From an uncultured Chloroflexia bacterium (GTDB lineage: Bacteria > Chloroflexota > Limnocylindria > Limnocylindrales > CSP1-4), in assembly GCA_963813535.1 (NCBI GenBank), contig CAWEZH010000002.1, positions 96,001 through 160,000 on the forward strand: DNA of 64,000 nt, in the 5' to 3' direction. Within the stretch, counting starts at the first letter, position 1. Each line of letters opens with the position of its first letter. Of this stretch, positions 48,325 through 58,493 are shown one piece after another. The position numbers and the translations under genes were made by a program. The notes below the pieces were generated by a model. That model was given only the letters and a program-made list of their open reading frames with translations. It was not told the origin of the DNA and did not search any database.

Positions 48325-48786
48325 CTAGCCGGCCGGCACGACGCGCATCACGCCGACCATGCCGTACGCCTCGTGGCCAGGCAGGTGGCAGATGAAGAGG
48401 TAGTCCCCGGGCGTATCGAAGACCACGGTCGTCGTCGCGTCGGAGCCGGGAGCCAGCGACACCTCGGTCGGGCGGTCGCCGTGGTGCGGTTCCGTGCCGG
48501 TCCGGTGACGCTCGTGGAACGCGGCATCACCAACGAGCCATTCGTGCTCGATCGGGTCCGCGTTGACCAGCGTGATCGTGATCGGGACGCCGGCCCTGGC
48601 GACCACCTCGGTCGGCGTGTACCTCGAGAAGTGGATCCCGATGGTGGCCGCCGTCGAGCCGCGATCGCCATCCAGACCGGGCGCCCGGACCCATGCCGCG
48701 GCGATCCCCGCGAGGCCGAGCGAAAGGGCGATCCCACCGACCAGGGCAAGGCGCCCCGGTCGGTGGGTCGAAACGCTGCGAGCCAT
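48325..48786 (-). CDS. cupredoxin (blue copper) protein
   Basis: Signal/anchor, HEW, C-HLPG-H-x3-GM type-1 Cu ligands, His-rich loop. Confidence 0.9.
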   Translation of the reverse strand: MARSVSTHRPGRLALVGGIALSLGLAGIAAAWVRAPGLDGDRGSTAATIGIHFSRYTPTEVVARAGVPITITLVNADPIEHEWLVGDAAFHERHRTGTEPHHGDRPTEVSLAPGSDATTTVVFDTPGDYLFICHLPGHEAYGMVGVMRVVPAG

Positions 48787-49853
48787 CAGGCGGGCCGCAA
48801 CCCCGAAAGCTGATGCCGGGCGATCAGCCAGAGGATCCCGCCGATGCCGAGCGACACGAACGAGATGCCGGCGAACCAGCGGATCGAGGACATCACGGTC
48901 GGATCGCTGGCGCCGGGCATATCGATACCAGCGTCCACGCGGGACGGCGCGTTGGCGCCGGACACGTCGACCGCGAGGTCGTACCCGAACTGTGGGGCCG
49001 TCCCGTCGAGCGCGATCTTCGTCAGCCACGCCTTGTCCGGGACCCACTCCATGCCACGGTCGGACCGCAGATCCGAGAGCAGCAGGTCGCTGGCCGGTGC
49101 CGCGTGCGTGACGGTCATCCCGTTGAACCCGTCGGGGTAGGGGAGCATCGCCGGCGACTGGTCGGTCAGCAGGTACACGTCGGCCTGGACGACCTCGCTT
49201 TCGCTCTTGCCGAGGGCGAGGATCCGGAGCGGGACCCACGGGTTGTGCGTGGGGATCGTGATGTGGACCGGTGTCCCATCACCGACGTTCTGGCCGCGGG
49301 CGGCGGCTGCGTCGCCGTCGAACGCGGCGGCAAGGAAGATCTGGCTGCGCTGCGCGTAGAAATCGAGGACCTCCGGCGCGTCGGGCGGGAGGCGGAAGCC
49401 GTGGTCCGTCGCCCAGGTGCCGACCTCCTGCGCGCCACCGCGCAGGACCGTGATGTCCAGGGCGTCGATGGTCACTTCCATCAGGACTTCCGCGCTCGCC
49501 GCGGCCGATTGGGCTGCACCGAGTCGGAGGAAGTCGCCCTCGGGAACCGGATCGGTCTCGCGGATCAGGCGCTGGAGCGTCCAGTCGCCACCCTTCTCGA
49601 CGCTCGTCGGTATGCCGGGGAGTGGCGTGAGGCTGCCGAAGGCACCTCCGCCGCCGGCGAACTCGAACGAGGTCACGTAGTGCTCGACCCCGTCGTGGTA
49701 TCCCGCGAACGTCGTCGTCCGCAGGAGGTTGACCGCCCCGTTGGGTCCGATGAGCCCGCCGCAGGCTAGAGCGGGGGCCGCGCTGATGGCGACCAGGAGG
49801 AGGCCGGCGGCGAGGGCGATGGTCCGCCTGCCGGCACGAGTGATCGATCGCAT
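48786..49853 (-). CDS. DUF2330-like secreted protein with C-terminal TM anchor
   Basis: Signal peptide ending ALA-CGG, P.P..P, W...GF, WVPLRIL; GGAGG RBS. Confidence 0.75.
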   Translation of the reverse strand: MRSITRAGRRTIALAAGLLLVAISAAPALACGGLIGPNGAVNLLRTTTFAGYHDGVEHYVTSFEFAGGGGAFGSLTPLPGIPTSVEKGGDWTLQRLIRETDPVPEGDFLRLGAAQSAAASAEVLMEVTIDALDITVLRGGAQEVGTWATDHGFRLPPDAPEVLDFYAQRSQIFLAAAFDGDAAAARGQNVGDGTPVHITIPTHNPWVPLRILALGKSESEVVQADVYLLTDQSPAMLPYPDGFNGMTVTHAAPASDLLLSDLRSDRGMEWVPDKAWLTKIALDGTAPQFGYDLAVDVSGANAPSRVDAGIDMPGASDPTVMSSIRWFAGISFVSLGIGGILWLIARHQLSGLRPA

Positions 49854-49978
49854 CGAACGATCCTCCTGTGCAACGGCCGGCCCCAGGGCATTGGGGTCTG
49901 GTCCGTTTCGGGTGAGACTCCAGATCGGCCCGGGATGTTCCGTCCTCGTCGCGCCGACGCGCCACTGGCGACGAGCGC

Positions 49979-50939
49979 CTACCGCCGCGCCAACTCCGCC
50001 GCCTTGCGGAAGCCGTTGATGGCATCCGTCGCCACGATGACCACGACGGTCACGCCGATCACGATGCCGGTCACCTCGAGCCACGTGCCATCGGTAGCGG
50101 TGCCCACCTCCGCGACGAGGGCCGGATTGAACAGCAAGTCGTTCTGAAGCAGCCAGACGGCCGGGATGGCGAACCCCGCGCCGAGGGCGGCGTTGATGAA
50201 GGCGAACGTCCACGTCCAGCGACCGCGCATGTAGAGCACGATCGTGAACACGATCTCGAGCAGCGAGATGACGATGAAGTAGGGGAGCCAGAACGACCAG
50301 AGGGACGGGTCGAACAGCGGGAACGCTTGCCCCTCGATGACGATCGGCGACTGCAGCTGCACCCACAGGATGCCGACGACGACGAAGACGTTGGCGATGA
50401 CGGTGCTGACGGCATCGGCGATGCTGATGCGACCGTCGTCGGGCAGCTCCGGCAGGTCGTCGACCGTCCAAGGCTTGCCCGTGATCGACTCGACGTTCGC
50501 GGCGCGCTCGATGAGGGCGAAGATGAGCGTCACCCAGAACAGGATCTGCAGGCTGACCGTCACGGCCGTCCCGATGCCCGCCGTGATCGCCTGACCGACC
50601 GTGTTGCCGGACAACAGGTTGGCGGTGAGCACGACGGCCGAGACGATCGGGACGATGATCGGCAGCAGCAGCGTCAGGAGACGCTTCCACTCGGCGAACC
50701 AGGTGGGTCCGATCAGGTACTGTGGCTGCTCGGAGTAGCGGGCAGCCAGCACACTCGGATCGCCGAGTTCGGCCAGCGCGGCCCGCTCGACCGCCTCGGC
50801 GCTCGGTGCGCGGCTCCCCGTTCCGTGCCTCGATGGCATCGGCGACGAGCGCTCTGATCTCCGGCTCGAGCTCGGTTCGTTGTGAGCGTGGCACCGCGCG
50901 GAGCACGGCCCACACGTATCGGTCGGTGAGGGCGGTCAT
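49979..50939 (-). CDS. permease-prefix-domain membrane protein, +1 frameshift near 50815
   Basis: DRYVWAV..VP..QR..L..E in one frame; ERAALAELGDP..LA..Y..LIGP and TM segments in the next. Confidence 0.85.
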
Positions 50940-51277
50940 CTGTCATCTCCTTGGGCAAGGGCGCGGATCGACGCATCGAGCCGCTTCCAGTCATCGAGGA
51001 GCTCCGTGGCGAACTGGTTGCCGGCGGGGCTGGTCCGGTAGAACTTGCGTGGCCGCGACTCCTCGGTGTTCCACTCGCTGGTCAGCACGCCCTGCGACTC
51101 CAGGCGCCGGAGGAGGGGGTAGAGCGTGTTGGCATCGACGCTGAACCCGAGATCGCGCAGCTGGTCGAGCAGCGCGTAGCCGTAGCCCGGTCGCCGAAGC
51201 AGGAGCAGGCACGCCAGCACGACGGTGCCGCGTCGCAGTTCCTGCCGGCCGCCGGCCAGGAGTTCGGTGAGGTCCAT
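50936..51277 (-). CDS. PadR family transcriptional regulator
   Basis: QELRRG, YGY, NTLYPLLRRLE.QG, RPRKFY. Confidence 0.95.
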   Translation of the reverse strand: MDLTELLAGGRQELRRGTVVLACLLLLRRPGYGYALLDQLRDLGFSVDANTLYPLLRRLESQGVLTSEWNTEESRPRKFYRTSPAGNQFATELLDDWKRLDASIRALAQGDDR

Positions 51278-51284
51278 GAGCGGC

Positions 51285-51313
51285 ACTATAGTGTGTGACA
51301 CACACTAATGCAA
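51285..51313 (-). promoter_or_regulatory. probably leaderless PadR promoter with operator in the spacer
   Basis: Minus strand TTGCAT-N17-TATAGT, 7 nt before ATG; perfect palindrome TAGTGTGTG-A-CACACACTA (51289-51307). Confidence 0.82.
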
Positions 51314-51410
51314 GTCCTACATCGATTTGCCCTCGCGAACAGGCGTCCGGTGCACGGCTAGCCCCATCGCGGGGTGACAGCGGCCGGTCCGAGCGGTCAG
51401 ACTTCCCGCC

Positions 51411-53000
51411 ATGCGTGCCCTGCTCGCCGCCCTTGTCGGTCTCCTGCTGCTCGCCCTCGTGGCCCCTGTCGCGACCGTCGCAGCCGCGGACTTCCCCGCG
51501 AAGGACTCTCGCTACCACTCCTACGCCGAGATGGTCGCGGAGCTCAACAAGGCCGTCGCCGACCACCCGGCGATCGTCCAGAAGTTCTCGATCGGTCAGA
51601 GCTACCAGAACCGCCAGATCTGGGCGGCGAAGATCTCGGACAACGTCGCGACCGACGAGAAAGAGCCCGAGGTGCTGTTCGACGCCCTGCACCATGCCCG
51701 CGAGCACCTGACCGTCGAACAGGCACTTGCCGTGCTGCGCTGGCTGAGTGACGGCTACACGACGAATTCGACCGTGAAGCGGCTCGTCGACACGCGCGAG
51801 ATCTTCATCGTCTTCATGGTCAATCCCGACGGCGGCGAATACGACCTCACCGGCTCCCCGTACCGCGGCTGGCGCAAGAACCGACAGCCGAATGCCGGCA
51901 GCTCGTACGTGGGCACCGACCTGAACCGGAACTACGACTACCACTGGGGCTGCTGCGGCGGATCGTCGGGCTCGAAGTCATCGAGCACGTACCGCGGGTC
52001 GCAGGCCTTCTCTGCGCCCGAGACGCGGGCCCTGCGCGACTTCATCAACAGCCGGGTGGTCGGCGGCCGCCAGCAGATCACCACCGCGATCACGTTCCAC
52101 ACGGCGGGCGAGCAGGTGCTGTGGCCGTACGGCTACACGTACGCCGACATCCCAGTCGACATGACCCGTGACGACCACGCCGCGCTGCGCGAGATCGGAG
52201 AGCGCCTGGCCGACAAGAACGGCTATCGACCGATGCAGTCGAGCGGCCTGTACATCACCGACGGCGACGAGATCGACTGGGCGTACGGCCGCCACCGGAT
52301 CTTCATGTACACCTTCGAGATGTATCCCCGTGGCGTGACCTCGCTCAGCCGGTTCTACCCGGCCGATGAGCTGATCTCGCGCGAGACGACGCGCAACAAG
52401 TCCGCGGTCCTGTACCTGATCGACGTCGCGGGCTGCGTCTACACGCCGATCGGCAAGAAGGCCACGCACTGCGGGCCGTTCAACGACGACCTCGAGATCA
52501 CGCGCGGCTGGCAGGTGAACCCGAACAGCGACGACACCGCGACCGGCGGCCGTTGGCAACGGGCCGATCCCGCCGCGACGAATTACCAGGTGAACTCGGT
52601 CACATCCGGTCGCTATGCGCTGGTGACGGGTGGGTCGGCCGGCTCCACCTCGAGTGCCAACGATGTCGACGGTGGGTCGACGTCGGTGCGCTCGGCGGCG
52701 ATCGGCCTGCCAAGCTCGGTCGGCAAGCTGACGTTCCGCTACTACCTTGCGCACGCCTCGAACGCGTCATCCGCCGACAGATTCCAGGCCTTCGTCGAGG
52801 TGGGCGGCGGCGGTGGTCGGACGCTGGTGAAGTCCGAGTCCGGCGCGGCCAACACCGACCGAGCGAGCTGGTCGTCGTTCTCGGTCTCGTTGGCGCCGTG
52901 GGCCGGTCAGACGGTCCGGATCGTGTTCGTGGCCACCGACGGAGGCGGCGACTCGGTGGTCGAGGCCGCGGTCGACGACGTGCGGATCACCCGCCCGTAG
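51411..53000 (+). CDS. secreted M14 zinc carboxypeptidase (carboxypeptidase T-like) with C-terminal beta-sandwich domain
   Basis: Signal peptide, HHAREH, NPDG, WRKNR, DLNRNY, FSAPET, TFH, TFEM. Confidence 0.94.
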   Translation: MRALLAALVGLLLLALVAPVATVAAADFPAKDSRYHSYAEMVAELNKAVADHPAIVQKFSIGQSYQNRQIWAAKISDNVATDEKEPEVLFDALHHAREHLTVEQALAVLRWLSDGYTTNSTVKRLVDTREIFIVFMVNPDGGEYDLTGSPYRGWRKNRQPNAGSSYVGTDLNRNYDYHWGCCGGSSGSKSSSTYRGSQAFSAPETRALRDFINSRVVGGRQQITTAITFHTAGEQVLWPYGYTYADIPVDMTRDDHAALREIGERLADKNGYRPMQSSGLYITDGDEIDWAYGRHRIFMYTFEMYPRGVTSLSRFYPADELISRETTRNKSAVLYLIDVAGCVYTPIGKKATHCGPFNDDLEITRGWQVNPNSDDTATGGRWQRADPAATNYQVNSVTSGRYALVTGGSAGSTSSANDVDGGSTSVRSAAIGLPSSVGKLTFRYYLAHASNASSADRFQAFVEVGGGGGRTLVKSESGAANTDRASWSSFSVSLAPWAGQTVRIVFVATDGGGDSVVEAAVDDVRITRP

Positions 53001-53018
53001 GAGCCAACGCGCCGCTCG

Positions 53019-53972
53019 TTACCGCATCGGCTCGGTCTTGCCGTAGACGTCGCGACTGATCTGGTAGGCGTGCGCCTCGAGCGCGAGGGCCATGTCGTCG
53101 AACTTCGCCAGTGCCGCGCCGCGAACCACCGCGGTCGACTTCAGTTCGAGCTCCTCGACCGAATCCGACTCCCCCCGCCAGCCGACGCGGATCTCGCCGA
53201 CGCCGCGGGCGTATGACTTGAGTTGGAAGATGCCCTCCTCGTCCAGGCTCGACTCGGCGAACCGGTCGACGTCTGTGTAGCAGCCGGTCAGCACGCAGTC
53301 CGAGATGCCGGCGGCGTCGAGCCGGCTGAAGTCGGACCAGCCGACTTCGGGCCCCAAGCCCTGGAAGTACGTCCCTGGGTGGCTATCCGGGTCGGCGAAC
53401 ATCATCACGCCGGGCTTGGCATCGGCGAGGCCGGCGATCCAGGTCGGTGCGTCGACGACCTCGCCGTCCTCGAGCTCCTCTGGATGCTCCCCGAAGAACC
53501 AGACCGTGCCCTCATCGTCCTCGGCGTAGAACGCGATCTCCTTCTCGACGAGCTCGCCCTCATTGATGTCCTCGATCCAGACGACAGCGGTGGGCACGCC
53601 ATCGATGACCTTGGTGAGGTGGGTGACCGTCACCGTGATCCGATGCGGCGTTCGCTCGCCCTCCTCGATCAGCACGCCGTCGAAGATCCAACGGCGCCCG
53701 GCGAGGAGCGGCAACCACTCGTTGTCGATCGTCACGGGATGCGTGAAATGGGCATGGTCGAAGTCCGCCAGCGACGGCACGAGCGGGTCGATCGACGGTG
53801 TCGGTTCAGCGGTGGCGGTGACGCTCGGGACGGGCGACGGACCGGTCTGCGGCAGCGTCGGTGCTGCTGACGGAGCGGGCGGCGCCGCCGCGGTCGATGG
53901 CTGCGTCGCCGGAGCGCGACTGCATGCTGCAAGCAGGATGATTGACGACACAGCGGCGCCCACGGCGCGCAT
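53019..53972 (-). CDS. putative lipoprotein
   Basis: LAAC lipobox, Pro/Thr linker, IDNEWLPL, G.VWFFGE, W.AG...A.PG motifs. Confidence 0.78.
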   Translation of the reverse strand: MRAVGAAVSSIILLAACSRAPATQPSTAAAPPAPSAAPTLPQTGPSPVPSVTATAEPTPSIDPLVPSLADFDHAHFTHPVTIDNEWLPLLAGRRWIFDGVLIEEGERTPHRITVTVTHLTKVIDGVPTAVVWIEDINEGELVEKEIAFYAEDDEGTVWFFGEHPEELEDGEVVDAPTWIAGLADAKPGVMMFADPDSHPGTYFQGLGPEVGWSDFSRLDAAGISDCVLTGCYTDVDRFAESSLDEEGIFQLKSYARGVGEIRVGWRGESDSVEELELKSTAVVRGAALAKFDDMALALEAHAYQISRDVYGKTEPMR

Positions 53973-54107
53973 GCCCGACCGACCCATCGGAACCCCCACT
54001 TTCCCCTCACGTTCAAGACGGCGAGCGTCTTATCGACATCTTCGTCCTGGATCAACCAATTAGCCCGTCGTCTTCACACGATCGGTGCGAGTACGCACCA
54101 CTGATTT

Positions 54108-55232
54108 TCAGATCGGCAGCGCAGCCCGGAACGTTGTTCCGGCACTCCCCGTTTCCTCCACTTCCAGGGTGCCGCCGTGGGCCATCACGAGATGGCGGGC
54201 GATGGCCAGGCCCAGGCCCGACCCGGTCGAGTCGGCACCCTTCGCGAATCGCTCGAAGACGTGTGGCAGGAGATCGGGATCGATGCCCGGGCCGGTGTCG
54301 ATGACCCGGAGCACGACGCGATCGTCCGTCACCTCGCCACGGACCACGACGGAGCCACCGGACGGCGTGTGCCGGACGCCGTTCGCGACCAGGTTGGAGA
54401 GCACCTCCCGGATCCGGACCGGGTCGACGTCGAGGATCGGGAGATCACTCGGGACATCGGCCGTGACGGTCACTCCGGCCGTGCCTGCGGCGCCCGCGAA
54501 CGACCGGACGACCTCCACGACGAGCAGGTCGAGGTCGGTCGGCTCGCGATGGAGCGGGAGCGTGCCGGCCTCCGACAGGGCCACGGTCCGGAGGTCGTCG
54601 ATGAGCCGCTCCATGACCCTGGTCTCCTCGAGGATCGCGGCCAGGTGCGCCTCGTCGGCCGGGTGGACGCCATCGATCATCGCCTCGAGGTTGCCGGAGA
54701 TGACGCTGAGTGGCGTGCGCAGCTCGTGGCTCACGTCGTTGAGCAGGGTGCGTCGCTGGTCCTCGTTGCCCTGGAGGCGTTCGACCATGGTGTTGAAGCC
54801 GCGCACGAGCTGACGGACCGGGCGCCAGCCACGGGACGGTGACGACACGCGGGTCGTGTAATCGCCCGCTTCGACCCGACGGGTGGCGTCGACGAGTGAA
54901 TCGAGCGTCCCGGCCGACCGCCGGAACCCGCCGCTCACAGCCACGAGGGCGGCGATCACGATGACGATCGCGACGACCACCGGGATCGGTCCGAGAGTCG
55001 AGAAGGCCGTGGCGATGGTCGTGATGACCGCCCAGACGACCACCAGGAACACGATCGCGAACACGCAGCCGAAGAATGGCCGCGGCCGGCCGCGCCACTC
55101 GCCGCCCCATTCGCCGGCGCGTCGACGGCGCCACATCTCGCGGCGATAGGCTCGCCAGTCCTCGGGTTTGCCATCGCCGGGGGCCCAGGGCGGACCGGTG
55201 CCGCTCCCCGGGGAGCTGTCGCGGTCCGTCAT
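54108..55232 (-). CDS. HAMP-domain sensor histidine kinase (BaeS-like)
   Basis: Two TMs, HAMP, SHELRTPL, NLVAN, DTGPGI, GSGLGL. Confidence 0.96.
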   Translation of the reverse strand: MTDRDSSPGSGTGPPWAPGDGKPEDWRAYRREMWRRRRAGEWGGEWRGRPRPFFGCVFAIVFLVVVWAVITTIATAFSTLGPIPVVVAIVIVIAALVAVSGGFRRSAGTLDSLVDATRRVEAGDYTTRVSSPSRGWRPVRQLVRGFNTMVERLQGNEDQRRTLLNDVSHELRTPLSVISGNLEAMIDGVHPADEAHLAAILEETRVMERLIDDLRTVALSEAGTLPLHREPTDLDLLVVEVVRSFAGAAGTAGVTVTADVPSDLPILDVDPVRIREVLSNLVANGVRHTPSGGSVVVRGEVTDDRVVLRVIDTGPGIDPDLLPHVFERFAKGADSTGSGLGLAIARHLVMAHGGTLEVEETGSAGTTFRAALPI

Positions 55233-55915
55233 CGATCGTCCGCCAGCCGATAGCCGACGCCATACACCGTCAGCACGTAGCGGGGTTGGCGCGGATCCGG
55301 CTCGAGCTTGCGGCGCAGGTTCTTGATGTGCGAGTCGATCGCCCGCTCGTAGCTCTCGAACGCGACTCCGTGGAGCGCGTCGAGCAGCTGGCTGCGCGTG
55401 AAGATGCGACCGGGCTGACGGGCCAGGGTCGCAAGGAGCGTGAACTCGGTCGGGGTGAGGTCGACGGTGGTGCCGGCCACCTCGGTCCGCATCCGCGGGA
55501 CGTCGAGCGTCAGCTCCCCGACGCGGATCTGATCCGACGCATCGACCGGTCGGTCGGTCCGGCGGAGGACTGCCTTGATGCGTGCCACGAGCTCACGCGG
55601 TGAGAACGGCTTGGTGAGGTAGTCGTCGGCCCCGAGCTCGAGGCCGAGCAGCTTGTCGAGCTCGTCGTCGCGCGCGGTGACCATCACGATCGGCATCGAA
55701 CCGTCGCGCCGCAGCTCACGGGTCACGTCGAGGCCGTCGAGCCCAGGCAGACCGAGATCGAGCACGACGAGATCGGGTCGATCGCGCTTCGCCGAAGCGA
55801 GCGCCGCAGGTCCGTCGGCCGCGGTGATCACCCGGAAGCCGGCGTGCTCGAGATAGTCGCGTGCCAGCTCCACGATCCGTGGCTCGTCGTCGACGACGAG
55901 GATGGTTCGACTCAT
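55229..55915 (-). CDS. OmpR-family response regulator
   Basis: VVDDE, LDLGLP, GADDY.TKPF, winged HTH ending TVYGVGY. Confidence 0.97.
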   Translation of the reverse strand: MSRTILVVDDEPRIVELARDYLEHAGFRVITAADGPAALASAKRDRPDLVVLDLGLPGLDGLDVTRELRRDGSMPIVMVTARDDELDKLLGLELGADDYLTKPFSPRELVARIKAVLRRTDRPVDASDQIRVGELTLDVPRMRTEVAGTTVDLTPTEFTLLATLARQPGRIFTRSQLLDALHGVAFESYERAIDSHIKNLRRKLEPDPRQPRYVLTVYGVGYRLADDR

Positions 55916-55922
55916 GACTGGC

Positions 55923-55942
55923 TGCTCACGGTTTGCTCACGG
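55923..55942. repeat. direct repeat with 11-bp period, possible OmpR-type box
   Basis: TGCTCACGG-TT-TGCTCACGG just upstream of the regulator start. Confidence 0.5.
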
Positions 55943-55964
55943 GCTGCATCGTACCGACACGAAT

Positions 55965-55993
55965 GCGCCCTCCCGGACCGACCGGGAGGGCGC
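55965..55993 (-). terminator. strong hairpin after the 56011-56511 gene
   Basis: GCGCCCTCCCGG-ACCGA-CCGGGAGGGCGC. Confidence 0.65.
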
Positions 55994-56010
55994 GGGGTGT
56001 CGGGACCGAC

Positions 56011-56511
56011 CTAGGCGGGCCTGTCGGTCGGAGGCGTGGTGCCCCCGCTCGAGGTCGATCCTGAGGAGTCCCCGTGTGCCTGGCGATGCCAGTCGTCGAA
56101 GGTCTCCTGGAATCGACCGCGATGGTCGTGGTCGCCCCACTTGCCGGGGCCGCCGGGTCCGCCGGGGCCTCCCGGGCCGCCCCAATAGCCTGGGCCGCCC
56201 CACCGACCGCCGCCCCAGCCGCGACCCCGCCAGAAGACGGCGCGCAGCAGGCCGATGATCAGGAAGATGACGAGCAGGGTGCCGAGGAACCCGAAGATCG
56301 AGAACCCGTGGCCCCAACCCGGGCCGTACCCGTAGCCATACGCGTAGGGATAGGCCGGAGCGACCGGCGTGACGACCGTGCCGTCCGGGGCGTTGGCGGC
56401 CGCCGTGGTGATGGCGGTCGACAGCCCCGCCTGGTAGGCCGCTTGAGCGATGAACCCACCGCCGACGACGATCGCCGCGACGATGAGGAGTCCGATGAAG
56501 AGATTGCGCAT
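56011..56511 (-). CDS. Gly/Trp-rich membrane protein, likely target of the adjacent two-component system
   Basis: AAAGGAG RBS; two hydrophobic segments, GGPGG repeats, F.DWHR.AH motif. Confidence 0.82.
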   Translation of the reverse strand: MRNLFIGLLIVAAIVVGGGFIAQAAYQAGLSTAITTAAANAPDGTVVTPVAPAYPYAYGYGYGPGWGHGFSIFGFLGTLLVIFLIIGLLRAVFWRGRGWGGGRWGGPGYWGGPGGPGGPGGPGKWGDHDHRGRFQETFDDWHRQAHGDSSGSTSSGGTTPPTDRPA

Positions 56512-56609
56512 GTGTGCGTGAGCTCCTTTCTGTGTCGGATGCTCGCGCCGGAATGTGGAGTGGGCATGGAGTCCATCGGGAGGGCTCGGGTCGTCGCCGA
56601 AGTCGTCCG

Positions 56610-56760
56610 GTGATGCATATTTCTCGGCGCCGGGCGAACCCTTCCTCGGCGATGACTATGGGCCGCATCGCGGCTGCGGTTGGTTATCGTCTGTCTTGAT
56701 GCGGCCCAAGGTCATCAGTCGCCAAGGGTCGCGTTGGCGCCGGCCAGAAACATGCATCAC
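56610..56760. repeat. nested-palindrome repeat family, copy B
   Basis: GTGATGCATATTTCT...GATGACTATGGGCCGCATC...GATGCGGCCCAAGGTCATC...AGAAACATGCATCAC. Confidence 0.9.
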
Positions 56761-56769
56761 GAGGTAGCC

Positions 56770-56979
56770 GTGACGACACCGACCGACGATCCCGGCGTTC
56801 TCGGTGGGAAGAACCTGCCGATGTGCCCGCTCTGCGGCAACGCCACGTTCCGTCAGGAGGAGGGCAAGTTCGACAGCGCCTGGGGCTTCACCGCGCATCG
56901 GGTCACGATGCTGGTCTGTGAGCGCTGCTCGTACATCCTGACCTTCTACGAAGGCAACACGATCTTCGACTTCGATTGA
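56770..56979 (+). CDS. small zinc-ribbon protein
   Basis: CPLCG...CERCSY..FY; GAGG RBS; stop overlaps the glpK start. Confidence 0.7.
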   Translation: MTTPTDDPGVLGGKNLPMCPLCGNATFRQEEGKFDSAWGFTAHRVTMLVCERCSYILTFYEGNTIFDFD

Positions 56980-58493
56980 ACGCGCCGCGGTCGCTCGTCG
57001 CCGCCATCGACCAGGGGACGACCAGCAGTCGATGCCTCCTGTTCGATCACGACGGGCAGCCGGTCGCGAGCCACCAGCTCGAGCACCGGCAGATCACGCC
57101 AAAGCCGGGTTGGGTCGAGCACGACCCCGACGAGATCATCGAGCGCGTCAACGCCTGCGTCCGGATCGCGCTCCGCGAGGCCGACGTCAACGCGACGGCC
57201 CTTGCCGCGGTCGGTATCAGCAACCAGCGCGAGACGACCGTCGTATGGGATCGGCGGACCGGTCGACCGGTCCACCCCGCCGTCGTCTGGCAGGACATGC
57301 GCACGGCCGATGCGGTCGGACGCATCGCCGCCGCGGAACCCAACGGCGTGGATCGCTACCGGGCCACGACCGGGTTGCCGGTGTCGACGTATTCGAGTGC
57401 GCTGAAGCTGCGCTGGATCCTCGATCACGTCGACCGCGACCCGGCCGAGCTGGCCTTCGGCACGATCGACTCGTGGGTCCTGTGGCAGCTCACCGGTGGC
57501 CTCGATGGCGGCGTCCACGCCACCGACGTGACCAATGCCAGCCGCACGATGCTGATGGATCTCGAGTCGCTCGACTGGGACCAGTCGATCCTCGACGAGC
57601 TCGGGATCCCTCGGTCGATGCTGCCGGAGATCCGAGGCTCATCGGAGGTCTACGGCACCGGCGTCGGCGATCTCGACGGTGTGCCGATCGCGGGCATCCT
57701 CGGTGACCAGCACGCGGCGCTGTTCGGCCAGGCCTGTTTCGAGGCCGGGGAGGCGAAGTGCACCTACGGGACCGGCGCGTTCATGTTGATGCACACCGGC
57801 ACCGTGCCGGTCCCCAGCACGCACGGGCTGATCACCACGGTCGCTGCGCGGCTCGGTGGTCCAGGCACGCCGGCCACCTACGCCCTCGAGGGGTCGGTGG
57901 CCGTCGCGGGCTCGCTCGTGCAGTGGCTGCGGGACGACCTCGCGATCATCGATTCGGCCGACGAGATCGAGCCGCTCGCCCGTTCCGTGCCGGATTCGGG
58001 TGATGTCGTGTTCGTACCGGCGTTCTCAGGCCTGTTCGCACCGCACTGGCGGCCCGATGCCCGGGGCGTGATCGCCGGTCTGACCCGGTTCTCGACCAAG
58101 GCCCACATCGCACGGGCCGCGCTCGAGGCGACGGCCTATCAGGTGGCCGATCTGGAGGAGGCGATGGCCGCGGATCTGGGGGCGCCACGGAACGGGGAGC
58201 TGCGGGTCGACGGTGGGATGACCCGGAACGAGCTCCTGATGCAGATCCAGGCGGACATCCTGGGGAGTGTCGTGGTCGCGCCGGCCATCACCGAGATCAC
58301 GGCCCTCGGCGCGGCCTACGCCGCGGGACTCGCGGTCGGCTTCTGGCGGGACCTCGACGAGCTGCGGTCGATGGCCGTTGCGACGCGTCGATGGGAGCCT
58401 CGGATGTCCGAGCGTGACCGCGCCGCCGCTCTGGCTCGATGGCACAAGGGGGTCGAGCGCTCGCTCGGTTGGGCTGAACCCGCTATCGACTGA
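56976..58493 (+). CDS. glpK: glycerol kinase
   Basis: [53 protein letters not shown]. Confidence 0.98.
   Translation: MNAPRSLVAAIDQGTTSSRCLLFDHDGQPVASHQLEHRQITPKPGWVEHDPDEIIERVNACVRIALREADVNATALAAVGISNQRETTVVWDRRTGRPVHPAVVWQDMRTADAVGRIAAAEPNGVDRYRATTGLPVSTYSSALKLRWILDHVDRDPAELAFGTIDSWVLWQLTGGLDGGVHATDVTNASRTMLMDLESLDWDQSILDELGIPRSMLPEIRGSSEVYGTGVGDLDGVPIAGILGDQHAALFGQACFEAGEAKCTYGTGAFMLMHTGTVPVPSTHGLITTVAARLGGPGTPATYALEGSVAVAGSLVQWLRDDLAIIDSADEIEPLARSVPDSGDVVFVPAFSGLFAPHWRPDARGVIAGLTRFSTKAHIARAALEATAYQVADLEEAMAADLGAPRNGELRVDGGMTRNELLMQIQADILGSVVVAPAITEITALGAAYAAGLAVGFWRDLDELRSMAVATRRWEPRMSERDRAAALARWHKGVERSLGWAEPAID

Noticed and set aside
48786-50939. 717-aa ORF fusing the permease-prefix protein to DUF2330
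   Set aside because: Frameshift read-through; the DUF2330-like gene has its own RBS and signal peptide at 49853.
56130-56225. GGPGG-coding short repeats
   Set aside because: Low-complexity protein coding, not an independent DNA repeat.
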